In this document: in pieces, positions 1-11,800 of the stretch
Layout of the letters: each line of letters starts with the position of its first letter
Numbering within the stretch: the stretch's first letter is position 1
Origin: Daphnia carinata
Lineage: Eukaryota
Assembly (NCBI RefSeq): GCF_022539665.2
Contig: NC_081333.1
Coordinates: 10,664,001-10,728,000, forward strand
Length of the DNA: 64,000 nt
Direction: 5' to 3'
Made by a program: the position numbers and the translations under genes
The notes under the pieces: model-generated
What the model saw: only the letters and a program-made list of their open reading frames with translations
Database searches by the model: none
What the model was told of the DNA's origin: nothing

Positions 1-400
1 GTGCCACTCTGTTTGATGGAAAAGCAGGATCAAATGGAAGGTAAGCGGCACCGAGCTTGAAGATGGCCAGAAGTGAAACAATCAACTCGGTGCTTGGTGG
101 TAAACAGACGGCGATAATCCAATCGTCTTGACAAGTTCTCCTGTCAACTGGGCTGATGGTCCACAATTTTTGAGCCAACGCCGTAGCTCTTTGTTCCAGC
201 TGGCCGAATGTGATGGGCAGTTGGTTCCGACAGACTGAAAGTATGAGCGCTGGACGATCTTGGATAGTGTCAGTGGACAACTCGGTCGTCGTTAGCAAGC
301 GCTGCCACACTTGAGCAATGCCAAAGGGCTGGCAAAGTTCGTATTCGCATCCGGCCAGCACCGATTTGTTGTTGCCATCCGCTTCCATACCTTCCATCAT
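1..400 (-). CDS. ebony: 5' part of an ebony-like beta-alanyl-amine synthetase (NRPS adenylation domain); continues beyond the left edge
   Basis: Open frame from ATG at 400 to the window edge, absent from the ORF track: MMEGMEADGNNKSVLAG...RPALIL...ITFGQLEQRATALA...DDWIIAVCLPPSTELIVSLLAIFKLGAAYLPFDPAFPSNRVA. This matches the A1/A2 adenylation motifs and the recalled insect Ebony segment ([32 protein letters not shown]). Confidence 0.8.
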   Translation of the reverse strand, partial: MMEGMEADGNNKSVLAGCEYELCQPFGIAQVWQRLLTTTELSTDTIQDRPALILSVCRNQLPITFGQLEQRATALAQKLWTISPVDRRTCQDDWIIAVCLPPSTELIVSLLAIFKLGAAYLPFDPAFPSNRVA

Positions 401-1604
401 GACTTGGCGATGCTGTAGATTTTGAAAAACACCGCACCTGCAGAGAGATGCACGACGACTGCGGTCTTGCAAGGGCCCGGCCAGTTGAGCGAGAACTGCG
501 GCAGTCTAGGACGCGGATACCTTCTTGGCCAGAAAACAAGATTGCTTGACATTCTGCCAAAAACACTGAATGCGTGATCCTTTTGCCCACCGATCTAATA
601 GCTAGTAGTATAAATATAACGCACGAGGCAGTGTAAATACGATGCCACACGGCACAAAAGAGAACTGCCGCTACCAATGGTTGTCCATGATTCCAAATCA
701 CAAATTCAAAAGAACGCAATGATAAAAATACTAATTTTGGCAAGCAAAGTAAACATTTTTTTTCTCTTTTCTTTTCTAGACCTATACCTTATTTTAAGTT
801 GTTTTTATGCTGAATAATTTGGTACCCTATTTATACCTTTGGCGCTCACGAAAACGGCGCATGTATAGCATTTGTTTATCCTCAGGTAACAAATATTGTT
901 CTGACGTGTCAATTTCAAAAACGTGACTTAAACTCCTTTCTGAAAATCCATTGATAGAATTATTGGAACCAAACTACATGCTTTCGTGATTGAGACGCCA
1001 GTGACCCAGCGCAGATTTGGATGCATCATACGTGCAGTGTACATTCGACAACGGGCTTCTATCGTGAGTAAATTCAAATATTTTTATATTTTTTGTTGTG
1101 GAAATACTTCCTAAGAATTACTCAATGGTGCAGTTATTTAGAAATTATTTGCGCAAGTTTTCGTCGAGTTGCCAAATAGTTTGTCGCTATAAAAACAGTT
1201 CTGCCATAAGAAAATTCCGTAGTGAGTGGATACGTTTGTTTACTAACTGCCTACGTGTTTCTAACTATACATTGGCCATCCAACCTATTTTTGAATCAGT
1301 ATAGTACAGATTTTTTCCAACCAAGTGGGAGAATGTATAGCGTGTAGAATCTAGAAAGAAAAAAAAAACGATCGCCAATTGTCTAGCTGCATGACTAACC
1401 CATTTTGCCACACTGTCCTTTCAAGCGTTGGAGTAAAAAACGTTACTGTACCGCTTACTTATTCAGCGCTAATCAAAAGGACAGGTACGGTGCGATAACG
1501 GTACATTTCCTCTCTAAAGCCCCAATAGGCTTTCATACTTTTCACTTTCCATACTGTTCCCTTTCCATACAGTTTGCTAGTTGATATCAGGTCGAGCGGG
1601 TGTA

Positions 1605-1676
1605 GGTCCCATGGTGTAATGGTTAGCACTTCAGACTCTGAATCTGGCAATCCGAGTTCAAATCTCGGTGGGACCT
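1605..1676 (+). tRNA. tRNA-Gln(CTG)
   Basis: 72-nt cloverleaf with acceptor stem GGTCCCA/TGGGACC, A box TGGTGTAATGG, anticodon arm TCAGA-CTCTGAA-TCTGG and T arm CCGAG-TTCAAAT-CTCGG. A TTTT run follows. Confidence 0.95.
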
Positions 1677-2664
1677 CATTTTCTCAGGTATATTAAACCT
1701 CCGCATAATTTGTAATGAAACATTTTTTTTTGGTTTAATTCATTGATGATACATTGAAGACCACATTGGGAGACCCGCATCAATGGGATTGACGGCCATA
1801 GCCTTGCCCAGATCCCCCCTTCAGATTGCAAGCTATGCACGTAATCATAACGGAGCGTAAATCTGCCCTCATGGCCAATACCATTTATTACAGTTGCTTT
1901 TTGACGTCCTTAGCCCAATTCAATGCGGGCCACTGTTGAATGGCCACAGTGGATTGTCTCATATCAAATCACACAGTAATTGCAAAAAATGTTTGAAAAG
2001 TTCTTTTATACAAATGCAGATTGACGTAAAGGACAAATTACGCACAGCTATATCAATGAGCCAGGAGTTTTAAGCTACTGCTGTTGAAGAGTTTTCCAGA
2101 TAGGCAGTACCAGTAGCAGGTAATTACAGGCTGGAGTTTTTCTGCCACCCTTACGACAAGAAAACTAGACGATCAACATAAAGAAAGATAACCACAATTG
2201 CCAAAGATAATGTACGTGATAAAGTTCAAAGTGACGAAGAGACTGATGATTATGGGATGAAAACCAATAAGTACTTCCGGACTAGACAGTTTGTCCGGAA
2301 CCCATAGACATGAGCCAATGTATACGAGAAAAACAGAAGTAACGTGCGGCCACCAAGCTCCGTGGACATGTTCGTAGTAATTCGATCGACGGGCTTGCTA
2401 AAAAGGAAATACTGGGCCCGATATATAATAGGAAATTAGTGCAGCCCTAAGCTATGTATTTATATTGAGAGTGAGGCGTGGGGCGAGGCTTGGTATATCA
2501 CACTTGTTGCCCCCATGCCCAGGCTTCCCAATCCTCCCTTTGAGCTGTTGCTAACTTGCTACTGTATACTTGTCGATCCATTTGAGGCGATTAAGCCATA
2601 GCAACGTACTGCCCTCTCCCACTTTTCCCCTCTCCTCGTATTGGACATCGCTGATCTGGTCTTG

Positions 2665-2706
2665 TATATAAAAGGCCCCGGATGGATCCAGTGGAGCATA
2701 ACAGTT
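2665..2706 (+). promoter_or_regulatory. TATA box and Inr-like site, probable pri-miR-252 promoter
   Basis: TATATAAAAG at 2665-2674 and ACAGTT at 2701-2706. A splice donor (2812) and acceptor (2961) then lead to the miR-252 hairpin. Confidence 0.55.
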
Positions 2707-2978
2707 TCGTCTTCTCTCCGCAGACGGACGCAGATGGGCCGCTTTCAGTCATTGCAACTCCATCGAAGAAGAAACAATTTAGTTTTCTATAGCGCTGGAT
2801 ATTCTTGTAAGGTAATTATTATTTATACGGATTTTAATTGAATTTTTGCTAACTCTAATTCAAATACTTCACTTTGTATGGTGCTGATAAGTTATCTCTT
2901 TTACGCAATAAGATGAATATATTTTGCACGCATCGATTAAGACGATATGTACTTTTGACAGGAAAAAAAGATTCCTAC

Positions 2979-3057
2979 CCCGTTCCTAAGTACTCGTGCC
3001 GCAGGAGAGATTATCAGTCTGCAAGTTCCTCCTGCTGCTCAAGTTCTTAAACAATGG
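2979..3057 (+). ncRNA. mir-252: pre-miR-252 (miR-252a-type) hairpin
   Basis: 5p arm CTAAGTACTCGTGCCGCAGGAG (2986-3007) differs by one base from the recalled conserved miR-252 (CUAAGUACUAGUGCCGCAGGAG). The complementary 3p arm CCTGCTGCTCAAGTTCTTAAAC lies at 3031-3052. Confidence 0.92.
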
Positions 3058-3401
3058 TTATGGAAAAACCGTCGCATTTAAACTTCAGTAAGTTAACCTT
3101 TTCAAACGATCTTTCCTTATTCATTGAGTATTGCGCAAGTTGACATCACCCAAGAAAAGGATATCCTCATTTACTTCTGTGATTCCATTGCTTGAAGCAA
3201 TTTCCTTCTTCCTGCTTGGAACTAATTGGAAGAATGTGACCGGATAACTTGTTTCCGCAGAGCATTGCAACAGGCCATTTAGTTTATTACTGTATTAAAC
3301 AATCCTCACCGCGTTCGCCCCTTCCAGAGTATTTTGCGTTCTATTATCTAGATCGGTACTGCACATGTGTTAGTTAATAATCATTGGACAGCAATCTGCG
3401 A

Positions 3402-6400
3402 TCACGGTTTGAGGAACATACTTAGAACACCCCAGAGAACTAACATAACCATCATGGCATTGTTTGTGCTGATTGTCGTCGAAGCTGAAGACATCTTTTG
3501 ATTCTTCAACCATGTGATGACTTCAGAGTAGTGCTGTTCGACCCATTGCACGTTGGATTGCGCCAATTCCAAACCCTGATTGACTGTCTTGGAAGACCCC
3601 AAAACATCGAGGTGATCATCACGTATTTTAGTTAGCTGTTCAAAAATGTAAATCGTTCTAATGAAATTGTTTCACGAATTCAAACTGTAAATACAATGGG
3701 TAATTTCATAATTTACCTCAGCTAATTGTTCGTTAGTGTTGACGCGGTCGCAGAGGGAACGAAACAATCCTGGCATGCTTGATCCACCAAATCCAACATA
3801 ACCACTGAAACTGCATAAGGTATTTAAAAGGCTTTAACATCTATATTATTCATATCCACAATCTAGCACATGAAATGTTCTTGTGAAGCTACTTACTAAG
3901 CATTGACTTCATCCCAACGCGTGGCCAGGAAATCGAGAGCCACTCCATGGCCAACTGGGTTGGCTGCGATGCTGCTAAATAACGTATTGGCATCTTGTAA
4001 GCGGATTCCCGAATTTTCATTAATCATCATCTCCAACATATGGTAAATGATGTCAGTTTCTTTCGTGCAGGTCATAGCTTTGAGTAAATCAATTTTTTCA
4101 TTGGCCAGAGTTGAAGCGAGGTATTTTTGGTAGCCGAAATTCCATTCGGGATCACTGCCATTGGCGATGGCAGAGCAAGATATCAGTCTCAGTAAATTCG
4201 GTGAAATATCACTAAAGATAATATGTTAATAGTAAAGGATTGTGGCTAGGAAATACTTCAGATAATTAATCCTTACTTTTCAGTGATAACACTTGTCATC
4301 CATGAAGCATAGACTTGGTTCGCATGTTGTACGCAATCGTTTATCTCGAGTTTGGTGCAAGCCCAATGAATTGCGTGCGTGCGTGTATAGATGAGTAAAT
4401 GAGTGTCGCGGGCGTCCTCATCGAATCCTACGTATTGGTATAGAGGGATCACTAAATCACTCATGTAATCCTATATCACACACGAAACATTATTAGTATT
4501 TAATGTCATTTAACTTATCATAACAGTAACCCACGTCGGCTTACCTTCCATTCGTTGAAATCTGGATAACCATAAAGCATTATGTCAATAAAGTCAAGAG
4601 CGTTGGTAGCTGCTGTCCAAGGTGCATAATCACGTTCCAGCGCAAGGTATTTAGTTAAATCTAATGCTTTATCATACGGGACGATATTGGCCCGAGCAAT
4701 AGTTAACGTGTCGTCCAATAACTGTGCTCGATTTTTAGCTGAAATCATCGTGTGGTCTGTGGCCAGTTGCTGGAGAATCAAACCGTAGTTAGTGTCGTCA
4801 TAAGACACTCGATAGTATCCTGAAATTAAATGATACAAATGACATAAACGCTTGCGTTTAACGAGCTCAAGAAAACCGAAATCAGTTCATACCGACTTGG
4901 CCAACATTGAAAAGGACCCATTCATCGTCTGTGACAGAGAGATCGGGTAATATGATGCTATCCTCCTTGTCGGATATCCAAATTGATTTTTGGGGTTGGC
5001 TAAAGTCAGCGGTGAAGGTTAATGGAACCCACCAACGATAAACGATCGATTCGGTTGAATTAGTGCTTTTCCGCAACAGGAAACGACTCTGTCGTGGCCG
5101 TTAAAGGGTTCAAAAGAGACTTAATCAACTCTATAATTATACGTCAATGTCAACAGTTTGCTGCTACCTGAGAGATTGTACCGCCTGAAGTTCCACCGTA
5201 ATTTCTCGTAACGGTAATTAAAGGATAGCCCATTTTATTAGTCCACGGGTCCATGATTGTTTTCACAGTTGCAGGTAGGACCAAACCATCAATTTCGATT
5301 TGTTCTTGAACAGCTCGCCAAAGGTCATCTTGTACGGCATTGGCATAAGCTCTTCAAGAAAGGAATATTGAAAAATCATTAGCGAAAGTACAAATCTTGA
5401 GATAAAACACAAGCGAAGTTTACCGACTATGAAGGTAGCGCGTCATTGAGCGTCGGAAGGTTTCCGGCCCCAAAAAATTGGCCATCATTCGAACAATAGA
5501 AGCGCCTGCAACCAATAAGGAAAGGTTTGTAATAATTTTTACATAATGCTAATTACAAACATGACGGGTTTCAGTCGTAACTCACCTTTGTCGTAGACTA
5601 CGACATCAAACAGCGTATTCAACGAAGCTGAATTGTTCACATCAAAATCTAAAGGACGTGAAGATTCCAAACTGTCGACTCGGAAAACGGACTGCAAGGT
5701 CGCTACACCAAACTGTTCGTCCATTTGGAAACCAGGTTCAACCTTGGTAAGCAAAATAGTTATAACACGTAAAGGGAAGATATCAGAAGTATTTCCTACC
5801 GAATCCGTTCCAATATATTGCACGTAGCGAGCGAATCCTTCCTTGAGCCAGACTAAACTCCACCAGTCGTGTGTCACTAGATTGCCGAACCACATATGCC
5901 CCAATTCGTGACCAGTGACTTCAGCCACTCTTTGTTTCGCTACTTCAGATGATCTTTGTTCATCAATAAGAAGATCAGCTTCCCTAATAAGTCAGATTCA
6001 GTATTTCAAATAGTTACAAGTTCCCTATTAAGTTATGGAATATGACTTGAATCTCCTACCTGAAATTTATGTGCCCCCAGTTTTCCATTGCACCTATCGA
6101 AAACAAAAAAGACACATAACGCATACGGAATTTTTATCCAGTAGACGGTACATACCGGCAGCAAAGTCGGGAATGGCCGCTATGTCGACTTTCGGTAGTG
6201 GATAGTCAATTTGTGTGAAGTATTCAAAATATTTCAATATCCGAGGTGCAATGTTTCCAGCATATCTTTAAAAGAAAGTCAGACATAGCTGCGAAACAAT
6301 TAATATAACTTACTATTACGTGGTTAAATTGGTGAGACTAGGTCGCGTCCAGATGGTAAATGGGACTCTGTTGAGCTCTGATTCAGAAGGAACGCCAGTG

Positions 6401-7303
6401 AATTCCGAAACCATCATTCCAACCAAGTACGAAGACATTTTCACTGTTGTTTGATAGTAATCCCAAACGTAGTCCGCCATTCCTTGTCTGTGTCAACATT
6501 AGACTAGTTTAGCACATGTCAGTTTATGATAAATGTGTTCTCTACCAACATGGGTTCGGTTTTGATCTTGGGCATGTTACTATTTGATGACATGGAGAGT
6601 TTGCGACCAAGTTTAATGGTGAACACAGCTTTCATGTTGGGTTCGTCAAAACACGGAAACGAACGTCGCGCATCGGGAGCGGAAAACTGCGTGACGGCCA
6701 GGTACCTTGGGCATCCGAATTGCATTGATTAGTGTTATTCATTTCCCATGAATTCTGCACAGCAGTTACTTAGTTTCTCCGTTTTCCTCGTAAGTTGATC
6801 GATAAAACCCACGTAGTTCGTCGTTGAGCACCGCCACAAAATTCATGGAGATCTTGTACTGTCTACCAGAAATCAATTGACTGTCTAGTTCGATGGTAAT
6901 TATCTGTCGATCATTTTCAACAATTAAACTCGTCACTCCTATAGATTCTTGTGAGGCTAAATCACTAATCTAAGACAACAAGCCGTTATCATTAAAATTT
7001 CTATGTAAATTGCTATAACAGTTCCAGTACCGTTATTGAAGATTCATCGATGCTGATCTCGGCACTATTCATCGATATGGCCGACGTAGTTTCAATGCAG
7101 TCAACGACAATCTCTACAAATCCAGGAGTAGTAAAATTGCCTTCCTCGATGATGGGAAGAAGCTGGATGTTGTAAGAGACGGGAAGAACGTTCTTAGGTA
7201 GACGCATGCCATCCTCATCCGTTATAATTGTGCACCACGTTTGACAGACACTCAACATGGTGATAGCGACGAATACGAGTGAACCCATCCGGAAGGGAGA
7301 CAT
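3402..7303 (-). CDS. Aminopeptidase N (M1 zinc metallopeptidase), signal peptide plus GPI-anchor signal; multi-exon
   Basis: [51 protein letters not shown] (split by an intron near 6095-6155); HELGH-x18-E ([27 protein letters not shown]); [12 protein letters not shown]. Hydrophobic N-terminus and C-terminal SSAS...[15 protein letters not shown]. Confidence 0.93.
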
Positions 7304-8843
7304 TTTATTCTGTGACAGCATAAAGCTTCCGCCCAAGTAAAAGAAAAAGCGGAGAAACCTAAGTTAACAGTGATACAGGAAGACATACTCTTGTTCGGGT
7401 CTTACTTCGTAATCAGCAATATTCCAATTGTCTTTCCGTTGCAAATCCACAATAAGAGATTTTCAGGAATAGCGCCCTTACAGGTTAGTAAGTGAACACA
7501 AATAAAAGGTAATCATAAATTTAAAACATGTGTAAAAAGAATTATATACTTAAAGATTGGAGCCGTAGCCGTTGTAACACATCCGCCATAAGAAAGAGCT
7601 ATTTCTTTTGTATGCGTATAATCTCACAGTAAACAGGCTAGCAAAGCTATTTGATAACATAATGTTTGCGCTCTGAGAGTAAAGTAAACTTATGAGAGAT
7701 AAGATTACTGACAAAGAAAAGAAAACAAAAACGCCAGTAGGGATCAGTTTAGGATCGCGACGATTCTTTGATGTCTCTTTTCTACGTTTCTTTATCGCGT
7801 CCTCACCTGTCTGACGAGAAACTTAAGGGTAATGGTAAGAAAATGATTCAAACAAAAGCGGATCGAAGTGATCCGCCCCTTTCACATACGCAGACCCAGC
7901 TGTTTTTTTAGTGTCTCTTCCTTTCTTCTCAGAATCGCAGAGAAACGTCGTAACATTTAGTGTCGCTTGTTCTCTTGAACAAGCACGTCTCACTTGAAAA
8001 ACTCTGTGCTGTGATTTCCATCTATATGAAATGTCACACTTTTCTCCAATCAACATGTCTACTCTTTTTCTGGTTAGTGTGTATTGATTTTTCCTTAATT
8101 GCAAGTGTAGAAATGTTCAGCATTTAACTACTAGAATAGAAAATTGCGTTTGCATTTTATCAGCGTATAGGGTAAGGCTACTTGGGGTCTTACGGCATGA
8201 ATTGTTGTATTGCAGCCAAATGAAATCATTTCAACTGATATTTACACTTAAGATGTTGAATGAAGGAAACAGTTGATACAAAGCTCAGCCAATTATTGAA
8301 TCCCAATAGAAAAGTTTCCAGTCCAGCAGCGTTGGTGGTATGAATGAAAACAAAACAATAATTGTTCACATGGGTATAGTTAGAAAAGGTAAAGACAATT
8401 TATTTGAAGATGAAGGTTCAATTTATGGAGGATGGCCAACAAGCAAATTAATCTCTATTTAGTAGGAAAAAGTGCCTATGTGTTATAACAAATTGATTAT
8501 ATTTTTATTTGAAAAAAAAAAAATTCAAAAATTAAACAATTAGAGGTGTCTACCAGGCCTACACTTCAAAAAGGAGAGGGGAAAAAAATTCAGGCAGTGA
8601 TAAGGAGCTTAATAAATCTACCAGTGGTACAACGATTTCTTTATGTCTTCTCTCATACCCATCGTTGTCTTGGCATTGTATTTTTACCGAATAAAGTGTC
8701 ATTCAATTCCCCGGTTTTCAACTGTAATTTTTAAAGGGAAATATATTTCTTTTTTTTTTAATTATTATTTCTTTCCGTCAGTTTGTATGTGTGTCAGTTG
8801 TCATCAAAGCCAAAAATTGCCTCACGGCGAAGAAGGCGACGAC

Positions 8844-11800
8844 CTATTTACCGGGTCCCTTGTCGTTACCGGCAGGTCGGAACTGTTGTGGCGAACAGCC
8901 GGCACAAAATCCAGGAGCTCCTGGTGGGCCAGCAGGTCCAATCATTCCTCTTGGTCCTGTTAAAATTTTACAATTAGAGTTTAATGTTTGATAACTCATA
9001 AGTGTGGCATAATGAAACGTTTCAAACATCCAATGATTCGAATTCTTCTATGAGAAATTTACCTGGTTTGCCGGAATCACCACGTTCTCCAGCTCGGCCC
9101 GCAACGCCTACACCGGGAGGTCCAGGAGGTCCTTGGATGCCAGCTGGTCCCATAGGTCCTTCCATACCGATTCCTCCTGGTCCACGCTCACCCTTAGAGC
9201 CGACGTCTCCCTTAGGTCCTTCAGGTCCTGGTGGGCCTGGAATGCCCGGCAGACCGGTCAAGCCGCGTTCGCCTGGCGGACCAACCTTGCCCGTCTCGCC
9301 TGGTAAAGTTGATGAACAAATAATGTTACACACAACCTTAAGGTTTGTTTCAAGCCCCATGAAGCCCCCCAAAACTGAAGCAGAAGCATTGGAGAACACA
9401 AATTCGACAGAACAGACCAGCATTCCAAATAAAGCAAAACATTAAAGCAGGTACCTGTATGGCCAATTCTTCCTGGCGGACCAGGCCTTCCGGGTCTTCC
9501 ACGACCAGGCAGACCGGGTGGACCTTGAAGTCCATTTACCAGTTCTTCCATGTGGTCTGTGAGAACAAGCATGAACAGGCAACAGTTGCAAAAATCATGC
9601 ACGTGCAAACATTCCGTTACAAGATAGCATTTTCACTAAAATTCTGATCACATCGCCATTCGTTATAGGTATTTTTGCCCAAGAGATGGGGGAACAAAAC
9701 AAACATGCTGCATCAGCGCGGATTCGCGTGCAGATTGAAATGTTCGTATCAAACCTGTGGCTCCTTGTAAACCAGGTTGTCCAGGACGTCCCGGTCTTCC
9801 ACGACCGGGCAAGCCAGGTGGACCAACCAATCTGGCTGTTAACTCTGTAAGTTGATCTGAGGATCGACGTTTGAGGATGGAAAAGTTTAAAGTCGGCATA
9901 ATTATTCGTAGAACAATCAACATTAACACTTTCAAATCACCCATTTACGTTATATAGTTTCTGGACGGAACGATTACGAATGGGCAAAATAGCATATAAT
10001 AACTTACCGCGAAGAACCGATGCGCAGATATCTCTCAAATCGGATTCGGAGTAAGTTTTTCCCTGGGAAAATGACGAAACAAGTTAATTGGTCCTTAACA
10101 ACAAAACATTAATCATTAAAACTTAGTAAGGTAAATGAAAAATCATTACAGGAGGTCCGGGGAGGCCAGGCAATCCTGCGAATCCGCGCGGTCCTACGGG
10201 CCCTTGTCTACCAGTAGGTCCTTCAGCTCCCGGTGTTCCAGGCAAACCAGTGGCACCTTCAGGTCCACGTTCACCATCCGCTCCTCTTTCTCCAGGCTTT
10301 ACACGTTTTATATTTAACAGTTCAAAAATTAGAAATCAGTAGCTGAAAAATGTGGTAACCCTCTGCATCAATCCTACCAAACCAGGATTTCCAGGAAGAC
10401 CAGGTTGGCCGGTAGCGCCAGTTGCACCAGCACCATCGTTTCTTATCAGATTAGTGGGAATGACACCAGCATCTCCAGGAGGTCCGGGAGGTCCTGGTGG
10501 ACCTGGTGGGCCAGGTTTGCCGACAAAGCCAGGCAATCCAGCTACTCCAGGAGGTCCAATAGGACCAGGCAAACCGTTCGGGCCTGGTGGGCCGCGAATT
10601 CCTTCAGTACCAGGTAAACCATTCTCTCCGCGATCTCCCTTAGGTCCAGGACGTCCAATCAATCCTTGAGCACCGGGTCTGCCATCGAAGCCCTGTTCAT
10701 CATTCCACAAAAGGTTAACGGCTATATTAATAAACAGCAAGAGCTTGTGATCTTACGCGAGGGCCATCAGGTCCTCGAGGTCCGCTTTCTCCTTTCTCTC
10801 CTCGTTGGCCCTACGGAGACAAACATTTCGTTCATGTTCACAAAAATTAACCAAAATGTTGAAGGGCTACGAACTGGCTCTCCATCGGTTCCTTGTTTGC
10901 CTTCATGACCCTTCGGTCCCAACAAGCCAGGGCTTCCGGTTGGTCCAGCTGGACCGATTTCGCCTCGTTCTCCTCGCGGTCCTGTTTCACCACGGCTACC
11001 AGGTCCTCCTGGCAATCCTTGAGGTCCAACTTCTCCGGGTGTGCCAGGAGGGCCCATAGGACCGGCAGGACCAGTATTGCCAGGCTCACCTCGTCTGCCA
11101 ACTTCTCCAGTTGGGCCAGTCAGACCCATCGGTCCCTAATAGTACCGCAGAGTTATTATGTTATTGTTGTTCTATGGCATTGTTCTTAACATACCGGAGC
11201 TCCGGCTGAACCTGGAGGACCCTGTAGGCCAACAGCGCCAGGTTGTCCCGGCTCTCCTTTGCTACCGGGCAAGCCTGGTTTTCCTGCCGGTCCAGTTTCA
11301 CCGCGAGTACCGTCATTACCGGGTAGACCAGCTGGTCCACGATCACCTTTTTCTCCAGCAACTCCGCGTTCTCCCAAGTCTCCTCTTTCACCTCGGTTAC
11401 CCCTCTCACCCTGAGGTCCCGGCATGCCCGGCTCTCCGGGATTACCAGCAGGTCCTGGAGGACCAGGCACCGTTTGACCACCTGTACCGGATGTTGCCGG
11501 ACCTGGTGGTCCTGGAACACCGGGTGCACCTGGAGGTCCTCTTACACCAGCCGTTCCTCTGTCACCGCGATCTCCTTTAGGACCTCGTTCTCCAGGAGTA
11601 CCGTCCTTTCCTGACGTTCCTGGGGGTCCTATTTCTCCAGTGAAACCACGCTGTCCTTGCGCACCTTCGGGACCTGGAGGTCCAACGAAACCTCTCTCAC
11701 CCGGCGCTCCTTGCAAACCTTGTGGTCCTGTTACTTTGGTAATATCTCCTGGAGGCCCTGGAGGTCCTCGAGGACCTGGTGAACCCATTTGACCTGTTGG

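Noticed and set aside
270..743. 157-aa minus-strand ORF in the track
   Set aside because: No recognisable protein. It overlaps the real ebony-like frame (ATG 400) in a different frame, and its leader.
3234..3330. ATGTGACCGG resembling the miR-2001 seed downstream of miR-252
   Set aside because: Only the seed region matches and I could not fold a convincing ~60-nt precursor.
9002..11580. Plus-strand Pro/Gly-rich ORFs
   Set aside because: Antisense shadows of the Gly-X-Y collagen codons.
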